A stretch of DNA of 64,000 nucleotides from a candidate division WOR-3 bacterium (GCA_965648905.1 CBFGIT010000008.1:22255-86254), one strand, 5' to 3'; positions 54,957 through 64,000 are shown, counted from the first letter of the stretch. Notes: generated from the letters alone by a model not told the origin. Translations and numbers: made by a program.

Positions 54957-56219
54957 TTACCCCACCTTTCTCGGGTCGGTTATCATCCCGGTGATGGCCG
55001 AAGCGGCCACGGTCGCGGGCGAGGCAAGATAAATCTCTGCATCCTTGCAGCCCATCCGGCCCTTGAAGTTGCGGTTCGAGGTCGAAATGCACCTTTCGCC
55101 TGGAGCCAGACACCCCTGATGCGCACCAAGACACGGCCCGCACCCGGGCGGCAGGAGCACTGCGCCGGCGGCCACGAGAGTCTGGATGTCACCAGCGTCA
55201 AGTGATCGCTCCAGCTCGGCCCGCGACGCGGGCAGGACCAGGAGCCGCGTGCGCGGGTGAACCTTCTTGCCCCGAAGGACACGTGCGGCCAAAGCAAGGT
55301 CTGATGCCCGGCCATTCGTGCAGGTGCCGACTAAGCACTGCTGCACCTCGGTTCCGGCGAGTTCAGTCACCGGCTTGTACTTGTCCACCTTGTGGGGCAG
55401 AGCCACAGCCGGCACAATGCTGTCCAGGTCGAACCTCAGTTCCTGCCGGTAATTCGCACCCTCGTCTGCCCACTCTGCGCTCCACGAACTTTCAGCCACA
55501 CCAATGGACTGAAGATACCCCTTGGTCACTTCATCCACCGGGAACACAGCATTCTTCGCCCCCATCTCCACGCCCATATTGGCAATCACGAACCGGTCGT
55601 CAACCGACAACGAGCCCAGGTCGCCCCAGTACTCGACCGAGCAGTAGTCTGCCCCGTCTGCGCCGACCTTGCCGACGATGGTCAGCACCAGGTCCTTGGC
55701 GGTCACCATGTCGCCCAATTTGCCCCGCAGCACAATCCTGATTGACTCCGGCACCTTGAACCAAGTCTCGCCGGTCATAAGCAAGGCCGCAGCCTCGGTC
55801 CGGTCAATCCCGGTGGCAAGAGCGTTCACCGCGCCGTACGAACACGTGTGCGAGTCTGACCCGACCGCCAGCATCCCAGGCAGTACCAGCCCCTTCTCAA
55901 CCATCACTTGATGACACACTCCGGTTCCGACGTCAAAGAAGTGCTTGATCCCGTACCTCTGCACAAACTCGCGTATCTTCTTGTGGCTTGTTGCGGTCTT
56001 CTCATCTGATGCCGGTATCACATGGTCGAGCACGACTACCGGCTGATTCGGGTCGGCCACGCCGTACTCAGCAAGGTCCTTGCTGACCTTGTCGGTAATG
56101 GCCGCAGCATTGTCGTGCATCAGAAGCCGGTCCGGCTTACAGGTCACGAGCTCGCCAGCCCGGGCCTGCTTCCTGCCGCCCTTGCGGGCGAGCACTTTCT
56201 CGGCAAATGTCATCGGCAT
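54957..56219 (-). CDS. leuC: Aconitase-family hydro-lyase large subunit (LeuC/HACN-large, archaeal type)
   Basis: 420 aa. MTFAEKVLARK...LLMHDNAAAI. Cys ligands in GTCTNGRASD and LLPPGCGPCLG. Confidence 0.9.
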   Translation of the reverse strand: MPMTFAEKVLARKGGRKQARAGELVTCKPDRLLMHDNAAAITDKVSKDLAEYGVADPNQPVVVLDHVIPASDEKTATSHKKIREFVQRYGIKHFFDVGTGVCHQVMVEKGLVLPGMLAVGSDSHTCSYGAVNALATGIDRTEAAALLMTGETWFKVPESIRIVLRGKLGDMVTAKDLVLTIVGKVGADGADYCSVEYWGDLGSLSVDDRFVIANMGVEMGAKNAVFPVDEVTKGYLQSIGVAESSWSAEWADEGANYRQELRFDLDSIVPAVALPHKVDKYKPVTELAGTEVQQCLVGTCTNGRASDLALAARVLRGKKVHPRTRLLVLPASRAELERSLDAGDIQTLVAAGAVLLPPGCGPCLGAHQGCLAPGERCISTSNRNFKGRMGCKDAEIYLASPATVAASAITGMITDPRKVG

Positions 56220-57008
56220 GATTCCTCACTTGGTTCGATGGTACTCAACTGCCAGATTATAGACAGCCCGGCCCGCACTGCAAGAACGCCAGTTGCCGTT
56301 CGCCTCTCGCCGCCCGCTCCTCGCTTTCCGCCACTTCACATCGTGCGTCCGCCGCCTGCCTCTCACATCCACCTGCTCGCAGATTCGCGTCTTGTTCGCA
56401 CTCTGGCTTCGGCGCTGCCCTGAGGCTCGCTACGAGTCGTGGCTTCAGGCCCGGATTCAAGCGCGGACTCGGACGCGCTCGCCAGCCCGCAACTACCCCT
56501 GCCTCGGCGTACGCTGACTAGTCTGCTGCCTCGCCTGACAGGCTTCGTGAACTCTCAGCCGCAGGTCTGGTCACGGGCGCGAACGGAAAGCATCCTGACC
56601 TTGTGCCTAACCTCTGGCTTGGTAGGGGGAGCGACTCCCGGAGTCACTCCCGTTACCAAAGACAAGAGCAGATACCGAATGTGGCTCGCAGCACTAAGTC
56701 CCGGGACTACGCGGCTTAGGCTCAGTGCCCCGCAGTCTGGAAGCTCGCCGGCATCATTCCTAGGCCCGAGGTTCTGATGCCGCAAGTTGTCGGCCGACAG
56801 CCCAGAGCCGTCAGCATTCACCCCAAAGCCTGGCCCGGCAACTCACCCCGCTGCCCACCGCTCTTCGGTCGCAGTCGAACAGCGGCGGCGTGGTTCGCAC
56901 CCCATCCAAACCACGTCGGGCACATTCGGTTCTGCCAAGCCACAGCGGACGATCGGGAATGCTGACGTAACCCAAGACTCAAGACGCACCGGACTGCTCT
57001 GACAAGGG

Positions 57009-57036
57009 CAGGGGCGGCTGGACTGCCGCCCCTGCG
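57009..57036. repeat. Perfect 11-bp inverted repeat hairpin (GCAGGGGCGGC-TGGACT-GCCGCCCCTGC), possible bidirectional terminator
   Basis: Followed on the plus strand by GTGGCCCCCGGCCTGTCTTGTTTGG. On the minus strand it lies just 3' of the small ORF 57065..57367. Confidence 0.45.
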
Positions 57037-57064
57037 TGGCCCCCGGCCTGTCTTGTTTGGCGCA

Positions 57065-57367
57065 CTAGCGCCGGCTAGGCTCTTGCTGCCGGCTTCGCCT
57101 CGCGTGAGGTCTGGGCTGCGGCAGTCTGACCTCAGGGTCGGAAACACTGCTCTGAGTGAGCGACTTTGCCGCCTCAATCCGCTCGTAGAACAGCTCAGCA
57201 CCATGTTCACCATGGGCTCCGACCTGCGAGAGCTTCTCTCTGTTGACAACAATCGCATACCCTGCACCAGCAATCATGGCCACTCCGACCAGCAACTGAA
57301 TCAGTCTCATCAATCGTGTCACGGCAACCTCCGGGTTGTTGTTTGTACTTTCGTGCCTTTCAGTCAT
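57065..57367 (-). CDS. Small hypothetical membrane protein (100 aa)
   Basis: AAGAGGG RBS 4 nt before the ATG. One TM helix (LIQLLVGVAMIAGAGYAIVV). Region has lower GC than its surroundings. Confidence 0.35.
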   Translation of the reverse strand: MTERHESTNNNPEVAVTRLMRLIQLLVGVAMIAGAGYAIVVNREKLSQVGAHGEHGAELFYERIEAAKSLTQSSVSDPEVRLPQPRPHARRSRQQEPSRR

Positions 57368-57696
57368 GCCCTCTTGGTTGCAGTTGTCGTTCCAATCTGG
57401 CCCAAGTACTAAGTGACGCAGAATTGGAACTTAGCAGCACACGGAAATCGCCGGCACGGACGAGATGTTGTCGATTGACGACATCTTCTCCGATCAGTCA
57501 ACTGTGCTTATCCGATAATGCTTTGATTCTCATAGCTTTAGGCAATCTAATGATTGTGTCGCCAGGTTACAACGTTTGTCGTCGCCGGGATACGGTTTGT
57601 GATGCGCTTGCTTCGAACGACCAAAGCCCGGTCCGCCAGCAGGGTCTGGACCCGTTTGTGTCTGGTGAGGGAGCTTCGGGCGGCTACTGCACGGTC

Positions 57697-57724
57697 TTTA
57701 CAAATCCAGCGCGTTCACTAGAAT
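57697..57724 (+). promoter_or_regulatory. Sigma70-type promoter TTTACA-16-TAGAAT 5 nt upstream of the purE ATG (predicts leaderless mRNA)
   Basis: TTTACA 57697-57702, TAGAAT 57719-57724, ATG 57730. Confidence 0.4.
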
Positions 57725-57729
57725 AGGCA

Positions 57730-58254
57730 ATGCCAAGAAGAGCTGCGTCGCTGGTTGCGGTCGCGATGGGCAGCGACTCGGACCTGCCGGTCATGAACGA
57801 GTGCCTCAGGATTCTGGAACGATTCTCTGTCCCATATGAATGCGCGGTCGTCTCCGCACACCGCACCCCGGACCGGTGTCGCCAGTTTGTCCGCTCCGCA
57901 GTTGCTCGGGGCGCCAAGGTGATTATCGCCGGAGCAGGACGAGCAGCTCATCTGCCCGGAGTGATCGCGTCGTACACGACTGTGCCGGTTGTGGGAGTGC
58001 CGCTCGACGCCGGAATGTCGGGCCTGGATGCGCTACTCTCGATCGCGCAGATGCCCGCCGGAGTGCCGGTGGCCTGCATGGCAGTCGGCAAGTCGGGTGC
58101 GACCAATGCAGCCCTCCTGGCAGTTGAGATTCTGGCGACTTCTGACCGCGACCTGGCAAGAGAGCTGAAGCAACACCGCAGAAGCATGGCAGCCGAGGTA
58201 GTCAGGAAGTCGCGCCTGGTTGCTGCAAAATCCGGCCCGGTCGACAAGCCATGA
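57730..58254 (+). CDS. purE: 5-(carboxyamino)imidazole ribonucleotide mutase PurE
   Basis: VAVAMGSDSDLPVM...VIIAGAGRAAHLPGVIAS signature. Confidence 0.9.
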   Translation: MPRRAASLVAVAMGSDSDLPVMNECLRILERFSVPYECAVVSAHRTPDRCRQFVRSAVARGAKVIIAGAGRAAHLPGVIASYTTVPVVGVPLDAGMSGLDALLSIAQMPAGVPVACMAVGKSGATNAALLAVEILATSDRDLARELKQHRRSMAAEVVRKSRLVAAKSGPVDKP

Positions 58255-59141
58255 CCCGGCCTGTCAGCTCCGTTGAGTTGCCCGGACTGACGCGTGTAGC
58301 CCAAGGCAAGGTCAGAGACATCTTCCAAGTCGGTGCCGACCTGCTGGTGGTGTGCTCTGACCGTTTGTCGGCGTTCGACGTTGTTCTGCCTGATCCGATT
58401 CCGGACAAAGGCAAGGTGCTGAATCTGCTGTCGGCGTTCTGGTTCGACCAATTCCGGGACGTGATACCGAATCATGTCATTTCGACTGATTCCGGGCAGT
58501 TCCCGGCTGAGCTTGCGCCGTATCGGGACGTGCTGGACGGTCGGGCGATGCTTGTCAAGCGGGCCCGGCCCCTGCCGGTCGAATGTGTTGTGCGTGGGTA
58601 TCTTGCCGGCAGCGCGTGGGTCGAGTATCGGGACAAGGGCTCGGTGTGCGGTATCGAGCTGCCTCGGGGACTGGAGCAGTCTCAGCAGTTGCCCAGCCCG
58701 ATTTTCACGCCTTCGACCAAGGCCCAGTCCGGCCACGACGTGAATATCACCGAGCAGGAGATGGGCGACCTTGTCGGCTACGCTGAAAAGCAGTGGGTGA
58801 AGAGTGTTTCGCTTGAGCTCTACCGTCGAGGTGCCGAGTATGCACGGGAGCGGGGCATTATCATTGCCGACACGAAGTTCGAGTTCGGCCTGTACCGTGG
58901 TGAGATGATGCTCATCGACGAGGTTCTGACTCCGGATTCGTCCCGGTTCTGGGATGTGGAGAACTACCGGGTTGGGTCTTCCCCGCCCAGTTTTGACAAG
59001 CAGTTCGTGCGCGACTATCTTCAGGCGCTCGGGTGGACTAAGACCCCGCCCGGGCCGCGCCTGCCCGGCGAGGTGATTGCCGGTACGTCGGCCCGGTACC
59101 GCGAGGCGTACCGCCGCATCACGGGCAGCGACCTGAAGTAG
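58251..59141 (+). CDS. purC: Phosphoribosylaminoimidazole-succinocarboxamide synthase PurC
   Basis: GKVRDIF...SDRLSAFD and IADTKFEFG motifs. ATGA overlap with purE. Confidence 0.9.
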   Translation: MTRPVSSVELPGLTRVAQGKVRDIFQVGADLLVVCSDRLSAFDVVLPDPIPDKGKVLNLLSAFWFDQFRDVIPNHVISTDSGQFPAELAPYRDVLDGRAMLVKRARPLPVECVVRGYLAGSAWVEYRDKGSVCGIELPRGLEQSQQLPSPIFTPSTKAQSGHDVNITEQEMGDLVGYAEKQWVKSVSLELYRRGAEYARERGIIIADTKFEFGLYRGEMMLIDEVLTPDSSRFWDVENYRVGSSPPSFDKQFVRDYLQALGWTKTPPGPRLPGEVIAGTSARYREAYRRITGSDLK

Positions 59142-60170
59142 ATGCGGGTCGCGGACTTCGACTACGACCTGCCGGTCGAGCTCGTCGCTCAGGAGCCGCC
59201 TGCTCGGCGTGATGATTCGCGTCTGCTTGTGCTGGAGCGCAGAACCGGCTGCTGGCACGACGAGCACTTTCGGGACATCGGCCGGTGGCTCAAGTCGGGT
59301 GACGTCCTGGTGCTGAACGACACGCGAGTCATTCCGGCCCGGGTGTTCGGCCGTCTGCCGACCGGGGCCAGTGTCGAACTGCTGCTGCTGCGCCTGACTT
59401 CGCCCGGAGTCTGGGAAACTCTGGCACGACCGGCGCGCAAGGCCAGACCAGGAGTGAAGCTGATCGTGGGCAGGTTCTGCGTCGAGGTGCTGGAGCGAAG
59501 GCCGGATGGAATCAGACTGGTGCGGGTCGAACCTGACGAGGTCAGCGAACTCCTGGCCGAGCAGGGTGAGGTAGCTTTGCCGCCGTACATCCGGAAGAAG
59601 TGCGCAGAGCCGGAGCGCTACCAGACCGTCTTTGCGCGGGCCGCGGGCGCTGTTGCCGCACCGACCGCCGGGCTGCACTTCACGCCTGAGCTCCTTGAGA
59701 GCCTGAAGCACCAGGGCGTTCAGACTGAATTTGTGACGCTGCACGCCGGGCTCGGAACGTTTCGACCGGTGAAGACAGAGACGGTGGAAGAGCACGTCAT
59801 GCATCCGGAGGAATTTGAGTTGACCGAGGAGGCAGCCGACCGGGTCAACCGCGCTCTGGCTCAAGGCCGGCGGATTGTCTGCGGCGGAACGACCACGGTG
59901 CGGGTGCTTGAGACCCAGGCGGTGTTTGATAATTCGTCCTCGGCCTGGCAGGTGGTTCCGGGCCGGGGCGAGACGCGGCTGTACATTTGCCCGGGGTATG
60001 AGTGGAAGGTCTGCGGTGCGATGCTGACCAATTTCCATCTGCCCCGGTCGACCCTGCTGATGCTGGTGGCGGCATTCGCCGGCCGCGAGCTGGTCCTGGC
60101 TGCGTACCGGCATGCGATCGACCGGAAGTACCGGTTCTACAGCTTCGGCGATGCGATGCTGATTGTGTAG
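59142..60170 (+). CDS. queA: S-adenosylmethionine:tRNA ribosyltransferase-isomerase QueA
   Basis: MRVADFDYDLP...LVLNDTRVIPAR and the C-terminal GGTTTVR motif. Confidence 0.9.
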   Translation: MRVADFDYDLPVELVAQEPPARRDDSRLLVLERRTGCWHDEHFRDIGRWLKSGDVLVLNDTRVIPARVFGRLPTGASVELLLLRLTSPGVWETLARPARKARPGVKLIVGRFCVEVLERRPDGIRLVRVEPDEVSELLAEQGEVALPPYIRKKCAEPERYQTVFARAAGAVAAPTAGLHFTPELLESLKHQGVQTEFVTLHAGLGTFRPVKTETVEEHVMHPEEFELTEEAADRVNRALAQGRRIVCGGTTTVRVLETQAVFDNSSSAWQVVPGRGETRLYICPGYEWKVCGAMLTNFHLPRSTLLMLVAAFAGRELVLAAYRHAIDRKYRFYSFGDAMLIV

Positions 60171-60617
60171 GGCTGACCACGATACTGATTGAACAATGGA
60201 GAACGACACGTGAATAGAAGAAAACCATGGCCCGGACCGAGAGCGGGCAACACGGCACGGCACGGAAGCCACGGGCAGAATCCTCGCCGTAGCGCGCGGC
60301 CGGGTGAGCCGGACGGCAACCGGTTTGAGCCGGGAACGCGCCTCGACTGGCGCGGCGTGCCGATTCGTTCGGAACGCCGGTGGAAAAGTGGAGAGAACTA
60401 TCGAAACCCCAAAGCGGGCAGTGGCTACGGGCCCCGGAAGTTCGGTTCTTCATCTCATTTCGGACGGTCATCATCCTCGACCCCGGTTGACGGTAACCGG
60501 CCCGGGCCGAACCGCCAGAGGGACCGACGGGCAGGCCGACGTCACGAGACAAGACGGAGAGCGCGACCGCACACCGAAGCGCGAACGCCGGCACACCGTA
60601 CCCCTGAGCCATTCTCG

Positions 60618-62000
60618 GTGGTCGAACTTCTGCGCGTGACCGGCGGGCGTCAGGTCGGCAACGGACCTCAGTTCTTCAGCAGCGTTTCAATCGACACCCG
60701 GACTCTGAAGCCAGGTGATGTCTATTTCGCCCTGCACGGCAAGCGGCTCAACGGACACCAGTTTGTCGGTGACGCGCTCAGGCTCGGAGCGGCCGCGGTC
60801 GTGGTTGACCAGGCCGATGCCGCACCGGACGACTCGCTCGCGATTGTCGTTGACAACACGACTCTGGCTCTGGGTCGGTTTGCCGCGGCTTACCGGGCGA
60901 AGTTCGACATACCGGTCTTTGCAGTCACGGGCAGCAACGGCAAGACCACGACCAAAGAGATGCTGGCCGCAGTTCTCTCGCACCGGCTGCGGACGGTCTA
61001 TGCTCCGGACAGCTTCAACAACGATATCGGCGTGCCGCTGACCGTGCTGAAGCTGAACCACGAGACCCAGGCCGCGGTCTTTGAACTGGAGATGAACGAA
61101 CTCGGCGGCACCGCCCGGCTGGCCCGTATCTGCCAGCCAAAGTATGGCATCATCACGAACATCGGCGACACTCACCTCGAAGCGATGAAGGGCCGACCCG
61201 GGGTCGCGCAGGAGAAAGGCGAACTGCTACAATGTCTACCCAGGCAGGGCGTGGCGATACTCAACGCCGACGACCCGGCGGTCATGGACCTGGCTCATAA
61301 GCACTGGGCCGGCCGGACACTGACATTCGGCCTGGAGCAGCCGGCTGACCTGTGGGCAACCGACATCCGGACCAATGACCTCACCGGTGTGCGATTCAAG
61401 ATTCAGGGGAGGCATCCGGTCTCACTGCGGGTACCGGGAGTCCACAACGTGATGAACGCGCTGGCTGCCTGTGCTGCTTTGGTGGCCAGCGGCACGAGTG
61501 TCGAGAAGGCTCTGGCCGGACTGGATCGGTTCCGCCCCCTGCCCATGCGACTGACTGTTCGCCGCCTGTCTCAGGTAACGCTGATTGACGACAGCTACAA
61601 TGCCAATCCGCAGTCAATGCGAGCCGCACTTGCGGTTCTCGCGGGCAGCGCGTCAGCCGGACACCGGGTGGCGTTCCTCGGCGACATGCTGGAACTGGGC
61701 GAAGCCGCACCTCAACTGCACGAGGAGCTGGGCCGCGAGCTGGCCGGAGCGGTGGACCGAGGCGTGCTCGTTGGCGCAATGGCCGAGCATGTGCTCGTCG
61801 GCGCGGTCGAGGCCGGGATGAACCGGGATGCCTTCGTTCTCGCCGAGGCCAGCGACCGGTTGCCGGACGCGGTGTTTGACATGGTCAGACCCGGGGATAC
61901 AATCCTCGTCAAAGGCTCACGCGCCACAGCCATGGAACTGGTGAGCCAGGAGATTAGCAGACGATATGCAGAAAACAACGTCCAGTCCGTCGGAAGTTGA
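60618..62000 (+). CDS. murF: UDP-MurNAc-pentapeptide synthetase MurF (D-Ala-D-Ala adding); relocated away from the dcw cluster
   Basis: Start set at GTG 60618 (MVELLRVTGGRQV...), matching MurF N-termini. The in-frame 143-codon Arg-rich extension back to ATG 60189 looks non-coding. AVTGSNGKTTTKEML, DDSYNANP. Confidence 0.8.
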   Translation: MVELLRVTGGRQVGNGPQFFSSVSIDTRTLKPGDVYFALHGKRLNGHQFVGDALRLGAAAVVVDQADAAPDDSLAIVVDNTTLALGRFAAAYRAKFDIPVFAVTGSNGKTTTKEMLAAVLSHRLRTVYAPDSFNNDIGVPLTVLKLNHETQAAVFELEMNELGGTARLARICQPKYGIITNIGDTHLEAMKGRPGVAQEKGELLQCLPRQGVAILNADDPAVMDLAHKHWAGRTLTFGLEQPADLWATDIRTNDLTGVRFKIQGRHPVSLRVPGVHNVMNALAACAALVASGTSVEKALAGLDRFRPLPMRLTVRRLSQVTLIDDSYNANPQSMRAALAVLAGSASAGHRVAFLGDMLELGEAAPQLHEELGRELAGAVDRGVLVGAMAEHVLVGAVEAGMNRDAFVLAEASDRLPDAVFDMVRPGDTILVKGSRATAMELVSQEISRRYAENNVQSVGS

Positions 62001-63939
62001 TTCGGTGCCGGCCCGGCCCATCGGCATCACCGACACGACCCTGCGCGATGCCCACCAGTCGCTCTGGGCCACGCGGATGCGTCTGTCCGACATGTTGCCG
62101 GTCCTGGAGCAGATTGACCGGGTCGGTTACTATTCCCTCGAGATGTGGGGCGGGGCGACGTTTGACGTATGTCTGCGCTACCTGAACGAGGACCCCTGGG
62201 AGCGACTGAGCGAAATCCGGCGCCGGGTCAAGAAGACCAAGCTCCAGATGCTGCTGCGCGGCCAGAACGTAGTCGGCTACCGCAACTACCCGGACGACGT
62301 GCTCGAGGAGTTCGTCGCCCGGTCGGCCGACCGCGGCCTGGACATCTACCGCGTGTTCGATGCTCTGAACGATGCCCGCAACCTCGAGCGGGCGATCGAG
62401 TACGTCAAGAAGCACGGCAAGCATGCCCAGGGCACGCTCTGTTATGCCATCAGCCCGGTCCACACCATCGAGTATTTCCTGGCCCGGGCCCGCGAGCAGA
62501 AAGAGATGGGCATCGATTCAATCTGCATCAAGGACATGGCCGGCATCATTGCGCCGTCCATGGCGTATGAGCTGGTGCGGGCACTGAAAGAGGAAATCAG
62601 ATTGCCGGTCCAGCTCCACTGCCACGCCTCAAGCGGCATGGCGGTGGCGAGCTATGTCAAGGCGGCAGAGGCCGGCGTTGACGTCATCGACACTGCGACC
62701 GCACCGCTTGCCTTCATGACCTCGCAGCCGGCGGCCGAGACGATGGTCGCCTGCTTTGCCGGCACGAAATGGGACCCCAAGCTCGACCTGGCGGCGATGG
62801 AACAGGTTGAGCTCCACTTTGAGAAGAACGCGGCCGAGCGGTGTGTCGGCACGAACAAGGTGGTTGACTCGATGGTCATCATCCACCAGATACCAGGAGG
62901 CATGGCTTCGAACCTCCTCTCCCAGCTCCGGGAACAGAAGGCCGAGGACCGGCTGAACGAAGTACTCGAAGAAGTGCCGCGCGTGCGTGAGGACCTGGGC
63001 TACCCGCCGCTGGTGACTCCGACCAGTCAGATCGTCGGGGTTCAGGCGGTGATGAATGTGCTCAGCGGTGACCGGTACAAGCTCGTCCCCAAGGAAGTCA
63101 AGGACTACGTGAAAGGACTCTACGGTCGGCCGCCCGCGCCCATCAGGGAGGCGGTGCTGGCCAAGATTCTGGGCAGCGAGAAGCCGATCAAGGTCCGGCC
63201 CGCTGACCTGCTCGAGCCGGCCATGCCCAGGGTGCGTCGGGAACTCGGTCGCGACCTGGTCGACAAAGAAGAGGATTACATCTCGTACGCCATCTTCCCC
63301 GAGGTGTCGCTCAAATTCTTTAACTGGCGCAAGAACCCGACCCAGAGCCCTGAGCCCAAGCCGGTCCAGGCAAGCACGGCACCGGCCCAGGCCAAGCCAG
63401 CGCCGGTTGTCCATCCTGATGACCCGGTTGTCCGGCGCGTGCGCGGCATGATGGAGCTTGTCACCCAGCACGGCGTGACCGAGTTCGAGTGGCAGCACGA
63501 TGAAGAGAAGGTGCGCATCAGACGCGGCAGTGTGTCCGAACCAGCGCCAGTGTCGGTCGCGCCCCCTGTGGTAACGCCGGCTTCTCCGGCACCCCAGACA
63601 GTACCTTCATCAGCACCGGTCCAGACGGCGCCGACTCAGGCCCGGGAAGCCGGCACCGAGCCGACTCCACCGCGGGAGCCGACCCGGCCCGCGGCCAACA
63701 CCGAAGAAGTGACATCGCCGATGGTCGGGACTTTCTACCTCAGGGCCCGACCCGAGTCACCGCCGTTCATCGAGAAGGGCGACGTGGTCGATGCCGGCTC
63801 AACCCTGTGTATCGTCGAGGCAATGAAGCTGATGAACGAGATCCAGGCCGAGAAGAAGTGCCGGATCGTGGACATCGTGGTTGATGACGGCGAGTCGGTC
63901 GAGTACGGCCAGCCGCTCGTCATCATCGAACCGCTCTAG
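61966..63939 (+). CDS. Biotin-dependent carboxyltransferase 5S subunit with C-terminal biotinyl carrier domain (oxaloacetate decarboxylase alpha / pyruvate carboxylase subunit B-like)
   Basis: N-terminal ITDTTLRDAHQS (HMGL-like TIM barrel). Pro/Ala-rich linker. C-terminal biotinylation site CIVEAMKLMNEI. Confidence 0.85.
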   Translation: MQKTTSSPSEVDSVPARPIGITDTTLRDAHQSLWATRMRLSDMLPVLEQIDRVGYYSLEMWGGATFDVCLRYLNEDPWERLSEIRRRVKKTKLQMLLRGQNVVGYRNYPDDVLEEFVARSADRGLDIYRVFDALNDARNLERAIEYVKKHGKHAQGTLCYAISPVHTIEYFLARAREQKEMGIDSICIKDMAGIIAPSMAYELVRALKEEIRLPVQLHCHASSGMAVASYVKAAEAGVDVIDTATAPLAFMTSQPAAETMVACFAGTKWDPKLDLAAMEQVELHFEKNAAERCVGTNKVVDSMVIIHQIPGGMASNLLSQLREQKAEDRLNEVLEEVPRVREDLGYPPLVTPTSQIVGVQAVMNVLSGDRYKLVPKEVKDYVKGLYGRPPAPIREAVLAKILGSEKPIKVRPADLLEPAMPRVRRELGRDLVDKEEDYISYAIFPEVSLKFFNWRKNPTQSPEPKPVQASTAPAQAKPAPVVHPDDPVVRRVRGMMELVTQHGVTEFEWQHDEEKVRIRRGSVSEPAPVSVAPPVVTPASPAPQTVPSSAPVQTAPTQAREAGTEPTPPREPTRPAANTEEVTSPMVGTFYLRARPESPPFIEKGDVVDAGSTLCIVEAMKLMNEIQAEKKCRIVDIVVDDGESVEYGQPLVIIEPL

Positions 63940-64000
63940 CCGGCCCGGGCACCCGGAATCGATGAGCTACCTGGTCGGGACCAGCGGCTTTTCGTTTGAC

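Noticed and set aside
56220-57064. RNase P RNA or tmRNA in the ORF-free GC-rich gap
   Set aside because: I looked for the P4/GGAAAGTCCGGGC core of RNase P RNA, the tmRNA tag-ORF and T-arm-like 3' end, and the SRP GGAAG motif. None is present.
57948-60272. 774-aa ORF on the minus strand
   Set aside because: It is antisense to purE, purC and queA, which all have strong family signatures. The composition is Arg/Leu/Pro-rich, as is typical of shadow ORFs in high-GC DNA.
60189-60617. N-terminal 143-codon extension of the murF ORF from ATG 60189
   Set aside because: It encodes low-complexity Arg/Pro/Gly-rich sequence with no resemblance to MurF or any family. MurF homology begins exactly at GTG 60618.

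Overview
High-GC (~65%) bacterial chromosomal window. About 60 protein genes and three tRNAs can be supported from the sequence.

Main blocks, in order:
- 1-4.9 kb: partial gingipain-like C25 peptidase, an ECF sigma/anti-sigma pair, and a fragment of the spc ribosomal operon (rplR-rpsE-rpmD-rplO-secY) preceded by ddl.
- 6.3-8.6 kb: an NfnAB/SudAB-like oxidoreductase pair.
- 9.2-12.3 kb: an MBL hydrolase, a DUF554 membrane protein and two secreted proteins. One of these has an in-frame TGA between its signal peptide and body.
- 12.3-15.9 kb: a FlxDCBA-like (MvhD/HydB/HydG-type) electron-transfer cluster, interrupted by a four-helix-bundle (23S-IVS protein family) gene.
- 16-21 kb: an XRE-HTH protein, a GMP synthase PP-ATPase subunit, and the first of two large S8 peptidases with T9SS-type C-terminal domains (the second is at 45.8-48.6 kb).
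- 21.6-36.1 kb: a long division/cell-wall (dcw) cluster on the minus strand, mraZ-rsmH-ftsL-ftsI-murE-mraY-murD-ftsW-murG-murC-murB-ftsA-ftsZ. It lacks ftsQ and murF; murF sits at 60.6 kb and ddl at 5.3 kb.
- 36.4-38 kb: a degraded type-I RM remnant plus a second four-helix-bundle gene flanked by inverted repeats.
- 38-41 kb: a thiol/Fe-S cluster of MTH1187-like, FTR-like with rubredoxin domain, glutaredoxin-like, zinc-ribbon, iscU and an iscS-like gene whose PLP-lysine is replaced.
- 41-45.7 kb: thrS-infC-rpmI-rplT and guaB.
- 49.0-49.3 kb: tRNA-Lys/Arg/His.
- 49.4-56.2 kb: tdh-like, a hypothetical plus HD-domain pair, and citF, a fused citD-citE, and leuD/leuC-like genes.
- 57.7-64 kb: purE-purC-queA-murF and an oadA/pycB-like biotin carboxyltransferase.

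The T9SS-type C-terminal domains and anaerobic redox genes suggest an FCB-superphylum anaerobe (inference).

Most unusual observations:
- A candidate Sec/recoded TGA in a secreted CTD protein.
- IVS-like four-helix-bundle insertions.
- A lysine-less IscS.
- An atypical citrate-lyase/LeuCD operon.
- A rearranged dcw cluster.
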